Shown one piece after another: positions 38,250-50,700 of a stretch of DNA of 64,000 nt. The stretch is from Nemertoderma westbladi (Eukaryota; Animalia; Xenacoelomorpha), in NCBI GenBank assembly GCA_032718475.1, contig JAUCBJ010006915.1, forward strand, positions 112,088 through 176,087. The letters run 5' to 3'. A model generated the notes under the pieces. That model worked only from the letters and a program-made list of their open reading frames with translations, was not told the origin of the DNA and did not search any database. The position numbers were made by a program, and so were the translations under genes. Position 1 is the first letter of the stretch; each line of letters starts with the position of its first letter.

Positions 38250-41052
38250 CACCACATCGCTGCGTCAGAGTTAAACATTTTTCCGAACCTTGGATGACCG
38301 CCGACATCATAACAATCATCCAGGATTGAAACAAAGCACTCCTAAAATTCCATGAGCACCGAAGCCCAAGTAACTACGACAACTATAAACAATTGAGGAA
38401 CGAGGCAACACACAAACTCAGATCAGCCAAATCCACCTACATCAAAAACGTCCTCGACTCCAACAAAACAAACAGTAAAGTCCTCTGGAAAACCCTAAAG
38501 ACACTCGGAGCGCCCACGAAAAGAGCGAAGTCGTCTACCGTAATATCAGCTATCGAAAATAATGGAGCCCTCCTTACAGACCCCACTGACATTGCCAATG
38601 TTCTGAACTCCTTCTTCACAAATATCTCAAAGACATTGGTAGACAAACTCCCATCTCCCAGCAACATCTACAACGGCCCCGCAGTCGAGCAGTTCTATGC
38701 CCTGAAAGGAATTAAAAAAGACAGTTTCTCCCTCCAAACAGTCGATAGACAGATCGTATTTGACATTCTCACAAACCTAGATACCACCAAGGCCAGTGGA
38801 CCCGACTCGATCAGCCCAAGAATACTTAAGGACGGAAGCCCGATCTTAACTGACCACCTTACCCACATTATAAACTCATCAATTACCTCAGCAATCTTTC
38901 CCACCGATTATAAACTCGCCAAAGTCAATCCAATCTTCAAAAAAGCATCTCCAGCTACGGTGGCGCTCCCTGCAGCCTCTCCGGTTTTGGTGGCGCTCCC
39001 TGCGGCCTCCCCAGATTCGGTGGCGCTCCCTGCGGCCTCTCCAGGTTCGGTGGCACTCCCTGCAGCCTCCCAAGGTATGTTGGCGCTCCCTGCAGACTCC
39101 CAAGTTTCAGTGGCGCTCCCCGCGGACACCCAATGTTTGGTGGCGCTCCCCGCGGACCACCCAGGTTCGGTGGCGCTCCCTGCAGACTCCCAATGTTCGT
39201 TGGCGCTCCCTGCGGGCTCCCAAGGTTCGGTGGCACTCCCCGCAGACTCCCAAGGTTCGGTGGCGCTCCCCATGGACTCCCAAAGTTCGGTGGCACTCCC
39301 CGCGGACCACCCAGGTTCGGTGGCGCTCCCTGCAGACTCCCAAGGTTCGTTGGCGCTCCCCACGGACTCCCAAGGTTCGGTGGCGCTCCCCGCGGACTCC
39401 CAAGGTTCGGTGGCGCTCCCCGCGGACTCCCAAGGTTCGGTGGCGATCCCCGTGGACTACCCAGGTTCGGTGGCACCCGCAACGACCCCTCCGGGTTCCG
39501 TTCCCCTCTCAACGGAGGTCACCCACCACGTCGCCAACACCAACAGCCAAAATCTCACGGTGGCACTGAAATACGTCGACGATACAAATATCCTCAAAAC
39601 TGGACACAACTTAAAGGAAATCGAAACGTCACTCTCGGAAACACTGACCAGGGTAAATGCCTGGGCTGTCGATAACTGCCTTAGCATTCACCCCGACAAG
39701 TTCGAGGTCATGCTTTTTGGTTCACACCAGCGCCTAGCCACATCGGGTAGTTTCTCGGTAACCTTCGGATCCGCACGTCTTGACACCTCAGAAACGGTGA
39801 ATTACTTGGGCTGCTCCCTCGATGCTACTCTTTCGGGCGCCGACTCGGCCCAAACCGTCATACGCAGAGGAAAGGCTTGCCTGAAATTCCTCCACAGAAA
39901 CTCGCAAGTACTCGACAAACCACTACGGCGTACTCTATGTAACGCCCTAATCCAGCCGATCATCGACTCCTCTGCCCCGGTTTGGTATCTGAGCGCCGCC
40001 AGCCGCCTCCGTAACCGCCTCGACGCACTCCAACGGAAGTGTATCCGTGTACCAACATCGACTCTACCCACTTCATCCGAATAAACTGGCTCCCTATCAC
40101 CGAGCGGGTCCATCAAACCATCCTGACCCACATGTTTAAAGTATACAGGAAGACCGCGCCCATCTACCTCCAGTCCCTTGTAACTTTTAGCTACCTCTCC
40201 GATCGTTCACGGTCCTCCATAGCGCACACCACCATTCCTCGGAAAAAAACTAAAACTGCCACGCACGCCTTCTCCTACTTAGGACCCTTCCTGTGGAATA
40301 AACTCCCGAACGAAATAAAACAATTAACCACAGTAGAATCCTTTAAACACAAAGTAAAGACCCACTTACTTAGCCTTTTATCCTCCCGAGAACAATGCAT
40401 CTATTATTTTTAACCATCCCTACAAAAACTCTCATTCTTTTTTTTTAATCGTATCGTAACCGTGTTCTGTATTTTTTTTTTTTTTTTTTTTTTTTCATTT
40501 TTTTATTAAGTTTCAATAATGATTTTATAGCCAGATCGATTCACTGCATAGCCAGGGGACCCCCATGGAAACGAGACTATGTCTCATGAGGTTATCCCCG
40601 ACATCATTATCTTTTGCTCTGTACCGTTAACCGTTATCATTCCGCGCCCGTATGTATGCTCCCTGTGCGCCTTCCTGTGCTTCCTATGCGCCTGTATGTT
40701 CCCCTTTTTTTAATATTTGTAATTATAACCACATCTACATCATCATGATTCTTTTTAGTGTGCACTCCCATAAAAACTTATTTGTTCAAACCAAACCGTT
40801 TCTCATCTATTGTTTTTAGTATACAATACCATAATTTTAAAGTCCTACAGCTACACCTTACCGTAATCTAATATCTCAAACGATAAAACCGAATATTTTA
40901 CAGTGTAGGCCTACTGTAATTAATTATAAATAATGAATAAATTTGTAAATACTTGTTTCAGTTTCGATTTCAGTTTCGTTTAATGTATTGCCTATGTTTT
41001 TAATATTTTTACTGTATTTTGATGTCAATAAACAATTCCAATTCCATTCCAA
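38250..41052 (+). mobile_element. 5'-truncated L2/CR1-group LINE with defective RT
   Basis: ORF 38393-40084 has LWKTLK, ANVLNSFF, KASGPDSI, KLAKVNPIFKK, YVDD, VNYLG; frameshifted tail 40039-40413 (WLPI..R, AFSYLGPFLWNKLP, FKHKVK); 3' end AATAAA followed by TTCCA repeats at 41027-41052. 5' boundary approximate. Confidence 0.85.
38945..39500 (+). repeat. 30-bp in-frame minisatellite (about 18 copies, encodes DSQGSVALPA) within the LINE ORF2
   Basis: Unit GGACTCCCAAGGTTCGGTGGCGCTCCCCGC. Confidence 0.92.
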
Positions 41053-41480
41053 GTGCGACCGGCTGACAGCAGCCGGTACCAGGATACCCGTAGGCCGTAA
41101 AGTGTTTCATTTTAAAAAAAGTTTGAATTTCGCATGTGCTCATGGCTAATCTTGGTCATTGACCCACACTGACTTAAAAATTATATTGAAGCAACTTCTG
41201 AAAGTGAATTTTTCAGATGGAGCATAACCCATAGTGTTTTTCAATTTGACCGCGATACGGAATAATGTTCCGATACGATATAAAGAATGTGATAGAAGAT
41301 TTACATGAGTCTCTAACATCTAATGATGCATAATTGTAGACCTTTTGATTCAAAAATGAGCTTTCTGATAACATGAGTACAAATATGTAATTTGTAATAC
41401 GTTTAAATACGTTTACTATTTAAACAAGTGACTGACAGTCTTACAGTTTGTAAAGATATCAATTTGTATTATTTAGTTGA

Positions 41481-42787
41481 TTAAGCGAATGAAGACTTAG
41501 TAAAGGTTGTGTTTAGTCTTTTATTCTCATCAGCAACAACCAACAATGCCTGTAACATTTCCTCATCTGTAGTTATGCCACTTTTAATAAACTTTGATAC
41601 AGCTCCAACACCTCGTTCAGCTGGATCATTAACTACAGTCACCTTGTCTATAATCATTTTAGCATGTTTATATTCTGAGCTAGATGGCCAGTCAGGTTTA
41701 GTGAAAAATGATGTGTCGATCTTCAACTTCTTAAATAGAAACAAACTCCTCTTCGAAACAAACTCAGGCAGCTTTTTGTCTACTGCTGACCCTGCGATAC
41801 CTGCACTGACTCTCACAGATCTCACTGATGGTTGAGCATCATCTATATCAAGAGCATCCAACATTGCCTTCTTCTCTTCAATAGTTACTTTATCTGAGAA
41901 TAGGGAAAGGCACACTAGTTCACTACTCAAATACCATAAGTGACGATTTAAGGCTTTCATGGCAGTTGTGGCAACTGTTGTATTTACCTTCTCATATTCC
42001 TTCAAATCTCTTAGCATTAACAGATCGTTAATTGGAGCATCAGCAGCTGACATACACTGGAGCCAGTACTTTGCATACACGAATACAACAAACATCACGA
42101 AATTTCTAAGAGAGTCTTCCTCCTTCGCTGTGATTAGCTTGCTCTCTCTTAGCTGGTTTCGAAATAAGTACATTAGCATGCTGTAATTGGCCTTTGCCAT
42201 CCAGCGGGCATCACTCACAGCACCTGGTCTTGTAAATTGTACCTGATTGCTGCTCCTTGGAACCTCAGCACCTAGTACAGTCAAAGCTAATTCCAGAAGT
42301 ACTTTGTAATCATTTCTTGGTTGTTTCACAAGAAGCATTGGTTCTAACAAAGTCACTGCTTCCGAAATAAGTGTTTTATCCACAGTTACATTATCATCAT
42401 GAGTTAGGGTTGAGTAGTCATTCAGAATCAAGTGGTCCCAGTTTGATTGGAATCGTTTAAACAGCAGTATTTCAGGCCCTGAGCTCGCTGGAAATTTACA
42501 GGCATTCTGGAAAACATCTCCAAGAACAACTTCCATGATATGATGACGACATGCCAGGTTAAGAAGTTCTCTATTTAGCTTTTGTTCTAGGATAACACAT
42601 GCTCCTCTACCTGCTCCTGTGTTAGAAGTTGTTGTATCGAAACACATCCCTTCAACCTTATCAGCAATATCTCTAGCATTGAGTGCTATCAGTGTAGCTT
42701 CAGCCTGTGCTAAACCAGTTCCACTGCTAACCTTTGGTGCAGATATCATTTCTGAAAAAGTCTCAGGTACATTATCAGCATTCCAAA
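41481..42787 (-). pseudogene. 5'-truncated hAT-superfamily transposase (hATm-like; subfamily tentative)
   Basis: Motifs SGTG..QA, GMCFDTTTSNTG..GAC, LACRHHIME, PGA...ARWMAK, HLWYL, VVNDPAERGV; first catalytic Asp region absent; the ORF's first about 24 codons come from adjacent inserted DNA. Confidence 0.8.
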
Positions 42788-42838
42788 GTAAAGTACGGGA
42801 CATTCGTACACAATTTTGAACTTTGATTGCCTGTACAA

Positions 42839-45674
42839 TAGGGGTGGTTGATTTCTCCATTTATCATATAAATTTGAACATTGGTGCGACTTTGCCTTCT
42901 AAACATTTCCTCAAAGTTTGACATTGATTTGAGCACAGCTTCCCATTACCCCAATGCCCATTTTTTCCTATAATAATACCAGCATATCTCTAGCCATACC
43001 GGTGTTGGGGTACGGTACTGTTGTATGTACAATGCAGAATATGACACTGCCTGACCCTACTGTAGTACAGCAATATCTGAATATGCATTGCAACTGCAAA
43101 CTGCTACCCACAGTGCAGCAGTTGGCACCTTTTTTTGAATCTTAGTAAGTTCGTTTTAGCTATATAGGCCTACCCTGCTCCGTAGCGTAGGCCTACCGTA
43201 TTTTAATTGCAATGGTGATATAATTATATGGTTGATTGACATTTTATTGGATTTTAACCTTATTTATCATTAGGCCTATGCTGTTAATGTTATCATATGG
43301 CAACACGAAATCAGACTGGACGCCTCTTCGGCTTTGCTGCGAAACTGCCTGGCCACCAACTACCTACAAATGGCGATATTCTACGTTACTGCGAATTAGT
43401 AAAAATGCAACATCGGGCGGAGCCAAATGGTAGCCATGAAGAACTGTCGAATCGAGAAATGCAAAAAATTGTAGCAAGTGAAGTTATTGCAATATACGAT
43501 TTTGCCACAGTTGCAGTGCTTTCAACTGAGCGTTGTCATCAAAAGATCATCGAGGAGTGGCGCAAAGCACAACGATTGAACTGTGATAAAGCCAAAAAGT
43601 GCTTTCCTACAAAACTGGAATCCGCGAAAATTAATTGGGGCAAGCTCTTTGATGTTGTCGATTACAAGAATTTAAACCCTCTAGAGAAAGATTTCGTGGA
43701 TGATCAAGGAAGCGATAGAAAAATGTTCATAGAAAAATTAGATAAACAAGAGTTCCAGAAACGTAAAAGGTATCTCAAACGAAAGCAGCAGGAGCTTCAG
43801 CGTGAAAGAAAGGAGAAAACGAGAAAGCTAGCCCAAAAAGCTGTCTGCGAATTACCTAGCTCAAGTGAAACTGACTCTTCATCTGATTCATCCGATAGTG
43901 ATCCGAATTTCAGGGAGAGTGTCTCAACAAGCAGTGCCTACAATACCATCCCAATCCCTTGTGTTGCAAGGGAAGCTGATCGAAAGATGGTTTCTGACGA
44001 AACAGTTGCTGCTATTGCCACTGCTACTTTGCAGGATGTATTAGGAGAAGACTTCTCCAGAGACATCGTTATTGACCCACTGAAAGTGAGACGTAGCCGG
44101 GTCAAGAGGCGTACTGGATTGAAACCAACCCATCATGACATAAATAATTTGATATCGCTCTATTTTGATGGGAGAAAGGATGAATCATATGTCTTCGATG
44201 ACTACCACCATAGGAGAAAAATAAAAGAAGACCATTACGTATTGATGACACAACCTGGTGACATTTACATTTCTCATGTCACAACACCAAGTGGTCGTTC
44301 AATTGACATTTTAAAATCTATAATTGACGAGAATATCAACATGGATGGAATTCGAGTAATAGGTTGTGACGGGACAGCAGTGAACACTGGGAATCGTAAT
44401 GGAGTAATTGCTAGAATTGAAGATCATATCCAGCATGAAGTTCAGTGGAATATATGTATGCTGCACATTAACGAGTTACCGTTGCGGCATCTATTTGAAT
44501 TATATGGAAAGACATCTGGTCCAGAAACATTCAGTGGTGAAATTGGTGATATTCTTGGGTCAAACCTTACAACCTTGGAGATCGCATTGTTTGATAAAAT
44601 TGAAACTCCCCATTTGCCAACATTGGATAATTCAAAGGACCTAAGCACAGACCAGATGTATCTTTTGGAAATCTGTCATGCGATCAGTTCTGGGGAGTGC
44701 CCTGAAACACTCTTACACCGAGATCCTGGGAAATGTAGTCATTCACGATGGCTCACAGGAGCAAATCGAATGTGCCGCTACTATGTTAGTCAAACACATC
44801 CAACAGAAGCTGTTAAGACATTGACTCGATTCATTGTAACAGTATATGGGCCTGTATGGTTTGCCACTAAGATGGCTACAGATATCAGTGATGCTCCACC
44901 AGTACTTTTCCTTATGATAAAACTCAGTCGTGAACTTCAACCAGCAGAAGTGCAGTCTGTCATCGACAAATCGATAAAGCAAAATTGCTATGCAGCTCAC
45001 CCCGAAAACTTGCTATATGCCATGTTTCACGACAATAGACCTGCAATTCGCGAGCTAGCTGTTAGGCGAATTCTGAAGGCACGAAAGGTTTCATCTACAG
45101 AAATACGAAAATTCCATCGCCCTGCTAATCAACTTAACCTTAATGCTACAGATTATATTCATATGATCGACTGGATGCACATTGACGTTACTGAACCACC
45201 ATTATTAGCATCTAAGAGTGAGGATCAACTTTGGGATGCTATAAAGTCAGTCCCAGTAAAGTCGTCGTACACACCACAGACTCAAGCTGTTGAAAGAATG
45301 ATTCGTGTAGTAGCTGAGGTCAGCCTCAAAACTGTCGGAAAGGAGAAAAGGGACTCTATGATTCATTCTATCTTAGATGCAAGGAAGCAGCGCCCTATGT
45401 TTGAATCAAAGAAAGATTATGTTGTTTAGTTTAACATACAGGTTTGGTTTGAACTCATTAAATTTCAATTGTGTTCAGTTTTCACTGTAGCCTACCGGTT
45501 GAATATAATTTACCGTGCAGTAGAAAATTGTATTTTTCCATAACACCTGGGGTAAGTGGTTAGGGTCACACTATCACATTGAAATTTTGACACTTTATTT
45601 AGTATGGCAAGCCTCAACTAAATACCACTTTATGGAACAATCCCACTATTTTGTGTAAAAATCGACTCTCCCTA
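42839..45674 (+). mobile_element. Full-length, apparently autonomous hAT-superfamily transposon (2836 bp)
   Basis: Imperfect TIR TAGGGGTGGTTGATTTCT / AAAAATCGACTCTCCCTA (13/18 match); exact 8-bp TSD CTGTACAA (42831-42838, 45675-45682); single intact transposase ORF. Confidence 0.85.
43297..45429 (+). CDS. DDE transposase, hAT superfamily (hATx-like; subfamily tentative)
   Basis: 710-aa intact ORF: YFDGRKD, GCDGTAVNTG, ICMLH (CxxH), HSRWLT, TQAVER; enclosed by TIR and 8-bp TSD. Confidence 0.88.
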   Translation: MATRNQTGRLFGFAAKLPGHQLPTNGDILRYCELVKMQHRAEPNGSHEELSNREMQKIVASEVIAIYDFATVAVLSTERCHQKIIEEWRKAQRLNCDKAKKCFPTKLESAKINWGKLFDVVDYKNLNPLEKDFVDDQGSDRKMFIEKLDKQEFQKRKRYLKRKQQELQRERKEKTRKLAQKAVCELPSSSETDSSSDSSDSDPNFRESVSTSSAYNTIPIPCVAREADRKMVSDETVAAIATATLQDVLGEDFSRDIVIDPLKVRRSRVKRRTGLKPTHHDINNLISLYFDGRKDESYVFDDYHHRRKIKEDHYVLMTQPGDIYISHVTTPSGRSIDILKSIIDENINMDGIRVIGCDGTAVNTGNRNGVIARIEDHIQHEVQWNICMLHINELPLRHLFELYGKTSGPETFSGEIGDILGSNLTTLEIALFDKIETPHLPTLDNSKDLSTDQMYLLEICHAISSGECPETLLHRDPGKCSHSRWLTGANRMCRYYVSQTHPTEAVKTLTRFIVTVYGPVWFATKMATDISDAPPVLFLMIKLSRELQPAEVQSVIDKSIKQNCYAAHPENLLYAMFHDNRPAIRELAVRRILKARKVSSTEIRKFHRPANQLNLNATDYIHMIDWMHIDVTEPPLLASKSEDQLWDAIKSVPVKSSYTPQTQAVERMIRVVAEVSLKTVGKEKRDSMIHSILDARKQRPMFESKKDYVV

Positions 45675-45682
45675 CTGTACAA

Positions 45683-47290
45683 TGTTATCCACAGCACATA
45701 TGTGCACAAAATTGTGCTTGGATTAAACTTTCGAATATCAGCTTTGATTTTGCGAAGCTTATGGCGGGACTTAGTCACTTTTGAGAAAACGCCAGCTTGT
45801 CCAATTAAGGTAAAGTACGGATTCGTACGAAATGGTTTTTTTTATTTTATGATTTCAATTCTAAAATTTAGCGAATTGTGCGCAGGTACGGTGTTGAGTT
45901 GATGTTTAGGATAAAGCTGTAATATTAAGCTTAAATAAAAATATAAATATAAGACGAATTGCTGCATTGCTATTTTTTTAACAGTGTGGTTTGTGTGGTA
46001 AAGTATGGGACATTGCTAAGTAAAGTACGGGACCTGTACGAATTTTATGGTCAAAATGGTCTCTTACACTTAATCTAACAGTAATTTCTAGATAATTAGT
46101 GATAATAAAGTGCAACTAAGTATTTCCAACCAAGATATGGATGCAAAATGTGGGGCGACCAACAAATTGACCCGAAGTCTTAGCATATGGGTGCCATTGA
46201 GGAGTTGTATGTCATCTGTCTAATTTTTGATTGCTAATACTGTATAAACTCGGTCATTTTTAGATGAAATTAAATCAAACCTGGTACGTATGAAGTCTGT
46301 CAAAAGTTTGGAAAGAATCTGAAGTTTAAGGAATCAAAGGTCACATATCAGACAGTCTGTCTGTTGGTACCGATAGTTTCAAAATTTTGATAAAAACCGA
46401 AATAAGTCTGCCAATCATTGATGAAATATTACTAAACTTGGTACACATGCAGTCTGTAAAAAGTTTAGAAATTCTTTCCATTTTTCTGAAAATGTACCGG
46501 TATCAATTACTGTACTTACCGATCTTCTTATCTGCTAAAAAAACTAAATTTTTTGAAATTTGTTGTAAAGTATGGGACTTTACATGCATAAACTCAAAGA
46601 TTATTTAACTGAGGAATGATTCTTAGTTCAAATACATACTTATATGCTTCCCACTACTATCACCCTAAAGCATTAATAACACTCCTGCCCTCAAGGTTTC
46701 ATATATTACATTAATACAGTGCACTAATGTAATCGCCATTATAATGGTAAAGTATGTGACAATTTTCAATTGGCCGTTATGATGTTTCTGAGGGAGTAGA
46801 TTATGAAACTACAGGTAATTGTTTCTTAAGATGACGCAACACAAACGTGCTTTGCATTCCACTGGGTGATTGGGCTTAGTTAGACAACTTCTCTGTGTAT
46901 AAATTAAAAATTTCACTATTTTTTGGTAAAGTATGGGACTTTACATGCATAAACCCAAGGATTTCTTGACTGAGGAATGATTCTCAGTTCAAATATAGAC
47001 TCCTATTCTTACGGCCGACTATGACCTTAGAATATTATAACACTCATGGCTTCACATATTACATTAATACAGTGCACTAATATAATCGCCATTTTGATGG
47101 TAAAGTATGGGACAATTTTCAATTGGCCGCCATGATATTTCTGAGGGAGTGAAGATGAAACTAATTGTTTTATACGATGACGCAACACAAACGTGCTTTG
47201 CATTCCACTGGGTGATTAGGCTGAGTTACATCTCTGTGAATAAACTAAAAATTTCACTATTTTAGGTAAAGTATGGGACATCACAAGATT
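45683..47290. repeat. Region of dispersed 14-bp direct repeats GTAAAGTAYGGGAC with an about 355-bp duplication; likely transposon subterminal region
   Basis: Motif or close variant at 45810, 45998, 46020, 46565, 46747, 46926, 47100, 47266 and also 42788 on the other side of the hAT insertion; 46560-46920 resembles 46921-47280. Confidence 0.6.
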
Positions 47291-47766
47291 AACTTTATCG
47301 ATTTCATTACAGAGGAATGAAACACTGGTGAAATTAAATAAAACCAAAAAAATTCGAAAAGGGGTTTGTTTTTGATTTGGTACATGCTCAGAAATGTTAA
47401 TTTATTGGTCATAGGAAGTGCCTACAGGAAACGAAACTTTTGCACACTTTTATTCACATTTTGTGCAGAGCAGGTGCATAATTTGTAATTCGACTATTTT
47501 TGATAAACCACCTGTGTTGATACAATTTTTAGCACTGAATTCATGAAGTAGGATAAATTTTGACCTAAAATAAGTATAAATTCAAAGCTACATCTCAATT
47601 TTAGAAATTAGTGGGGAGGTTGACCTTTTCATGGAATGAGCCTAATATAGTTGCACCAAATACCTTATATATAAACTGATTAGGTTTGAGTACAATTTTA
47701 CCATTCAATTGATTTTTTAATTCTTTCAAATTAAGTCCATAAATAATCTGCTTACAACTTATATTT

Positions 47767-50700
47767 TTATTTACTATTTGATAATTCATCATCAACACCA
47801 TCGTCTTTTGGTTCTTCATAAATTGGTATATTTGATATTTTTATAGGTTTTTTGAGGTTTGTTTTATAGTGCCCCCAAGGAAGCGATTGATTTTTATTAA
47901 GCCAATAAAGTTTATCATCAAAGCTGCTGAGCGCAAATTTATTTTGCTTTAAGGTATAAATACGATGTAATTTAGATTGAAATCTGTGTATGTTTTTTTT
48001 TATTTCTTCATTTGAGTTATATGCTTTTAAATATTCTTCATGTGTAATATTCGTTTCCACAACAGCTCTTGTAATACCTTTTGCTCTACGAATATTTTTA
48101 TTATTCCATTCCAAAATTGAATATAATTTTGGTCTTAAAAATACTGCTTGTTTAATTTCACGTGAGGCTAGTTCGTCTTTACAGTAATAGAGCCTAGATT
48201 TATTTTTATCACTGTAGAGCGGGTGATCCTTGGGGTAATTGGATGTATCTAAAATATTATTTTTAATTAAGGCTTTTAAGAAATTATTCTGTGATGTGTT
48301 ATAGTAACAGCCTATCAAAGAGTCGGTGTCTGACGCAGCAATTTCAATACGACAGTTTAATTCTTTCTTAATAGGTAGCAATTTATCGTAATACAGCTGA
48401 TACATATCCAATTTAGCCAAGTCCAACACAGCGCTACCAATAAATATAGGCTTATCGAGAGTTACAGAGTCTTTCACTAATAAATGTCCCGATAGTGTAT
48501 TATTGTATATTATAAATTGTTCATGATTAATACGATTTACCAATTGATCGCATTTATCGTTGCTATTTGCGATACGAAAGTTACACCGATCTCTTATTTT
48601 TTCTATTGATTTGCCAAACAGTGAATTATTGAGCAATTTCGCAACAGCTGTTTCAATATAACTTTTTGCCAGTCGCCTTTGATTAATATTAAAATCGATG
48701 TAATTTTTAAATACAAATTCTTGTTGAAAAGAATATAATTTATGTAGTTTAGTAACAATTAATCCATGTTTTATATAAAATTTTAACAGTTTCAAATGTA
48801 AATGATAAAACTCTTTATCAAATTGTGTCAGCATGAGTTTTGGTATAGGCATTCTATATTTACGGGAGGTACCTCTTTGTATCGACAAGTTATTAAATTG
48901 TTCCCGCATATAAGGTGAAAGCATTGATTCATTTATACTTAAATGCTCAGGGGCTAACGGTAATTGTAATGTTTGATCGTGAATAGCCTTGGGATAATTT
49001 AAATCACATATTAAAAAATATCCAGTAGATCCCTCAATGTCTAAATCTCCCAAGTACTCGATTAGTTTTTCTGGTATTGCATTCTCTAAATGTTTAATAC
49101 TTACTTCTTTGAATTGTGAGGTGGGTAGTTTTTTACTTAAATTCCCAGAATATAAAGAGTTGAAATCAATATTAAAAATATGGCATTCTTCCTTAGTAGA
49201 ATCATATGTACTTGTACCTGGTATATTTGATTCTATATAATGCTTTCGACAAAATGAAACACCACCCCTAATTGATTTTTCAAAATCTCTATATGTCTGA
49301 TAATCCTTTATTAATTCTATTTTACATTTATTATATTTTAGCGCGCAATCATATGTAAATGATACGATACTACAGTAAAAAACCACTTCTAAATCGTAAT
49401 TTTGTTTACAAACATTCCTAAAATTCTCAAATATATCAGCAAGCAAACAAACATCGAGTTTTAAATAGGCTAAAAGATAATCTTTGAGATTCACGCAGTC
49501 GAATTCAACCCATGATATTCCAGCAAACCTATAATCTTCAATTGTGCATGTTTTTTGACTTAAGTTACTAAAAAAATTATTTATAGACGGCAAACCAGTA
49601 TCATTAAATTTATTAATATCTGTCAAGTACTCGTATGGAAATACTCCTTTCCGTTTAATTGTTGAGTTATTCAAGTTTGGATAAAAATATTTCATTTCTT
49701 GTAGAGTAATAGGTAAAATTGAGCTTATATCATGACTGGCTACATCCTTTGTTGAACACTCAACTAAATTACTTAAAGAAAAGCTTAAAAATTGATATGT
49801 GTCTAAGAAACGTAACTCAATTTTCTTAGACGTGTTTTTAATTGGGATAAAGGCACTCAGTGAAATATATCGTTCTGTATTTCTCGGTATAACCTTTATA
49901 TCCCAATCAGTGTATTTCTTATCTCTAAATCCGCTTTGTAATATACAATGTATATCATAATTGTTGGAATTGTGGCCGCAAAGTACATACAGGTATCGTT
50001 TCACTGATAAACTTCGGTTACAACTATTACAGGCTGCCGCAATATATTTACCTGTAATATGTGAATGATGTCTGTTTTTCCCTACTTTATTATTTAAAGT
50101 AACATTACAATAAAAACAAAATTTTGCTTGTTCAAAATTTACAAAATCAATATTAGTAAATAACATAGTTTTATGAGTGTATATGTCTGACCAACAACAT
50201 AATTCAGTTATATCAGTATATAATGAATCTAAGAAATCTTGAATACAATTATTATTATTTGTCTTTACAAATGTTTTCAAATGACATTTTGGAGGGTTAA
50301 TTAATTCAGTATTGGGAACAATTAAATAACTCACAGCACACGGTATATGCTCCTGTATAATTTGATTATTAACTGACGGTTGTAAGATACATTCTATATC
50401 AAAGTAGGTGACAAACAATGGGGATAAGGTTCTATCTAAATTTGTAAAACTAATGTGTGTTCTTTTTTTAGGTAGTGTCTCTCGCTGACTTCTTCCTTGG
50501 TAGCAAGCGAGACGGTGTTGATGAAGAACTTCCGCACGAAAAAAATGAGCCAAACATCTTTCGCAATATTTCCTATTTTGGATATGAAGAGCTCTCATAT
50601 TCAGCAATCGATTCAAGTTAGTTATGGAAACATAATGATTCTGTTTAGGTACATTGTTATTTTTTACTACAAGTAATATATTTAATAACTGTTTATCTGG

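Noticed and set aside
38888-39687. Antisense and alternative-frame ORFs over the 30-bp repeat (collagen- or mucin-like)
   Set aside because: By-products of the GC-rich tandem array; only the LINE frame has flanking homology.
41481-45429. Head-to-head transposase pair as a single two-gene element
   Set aside because: The plus-strand gene has its own TIRs and exact TSD (42839-45674); the minus-strand gene is an independently truncated relic.
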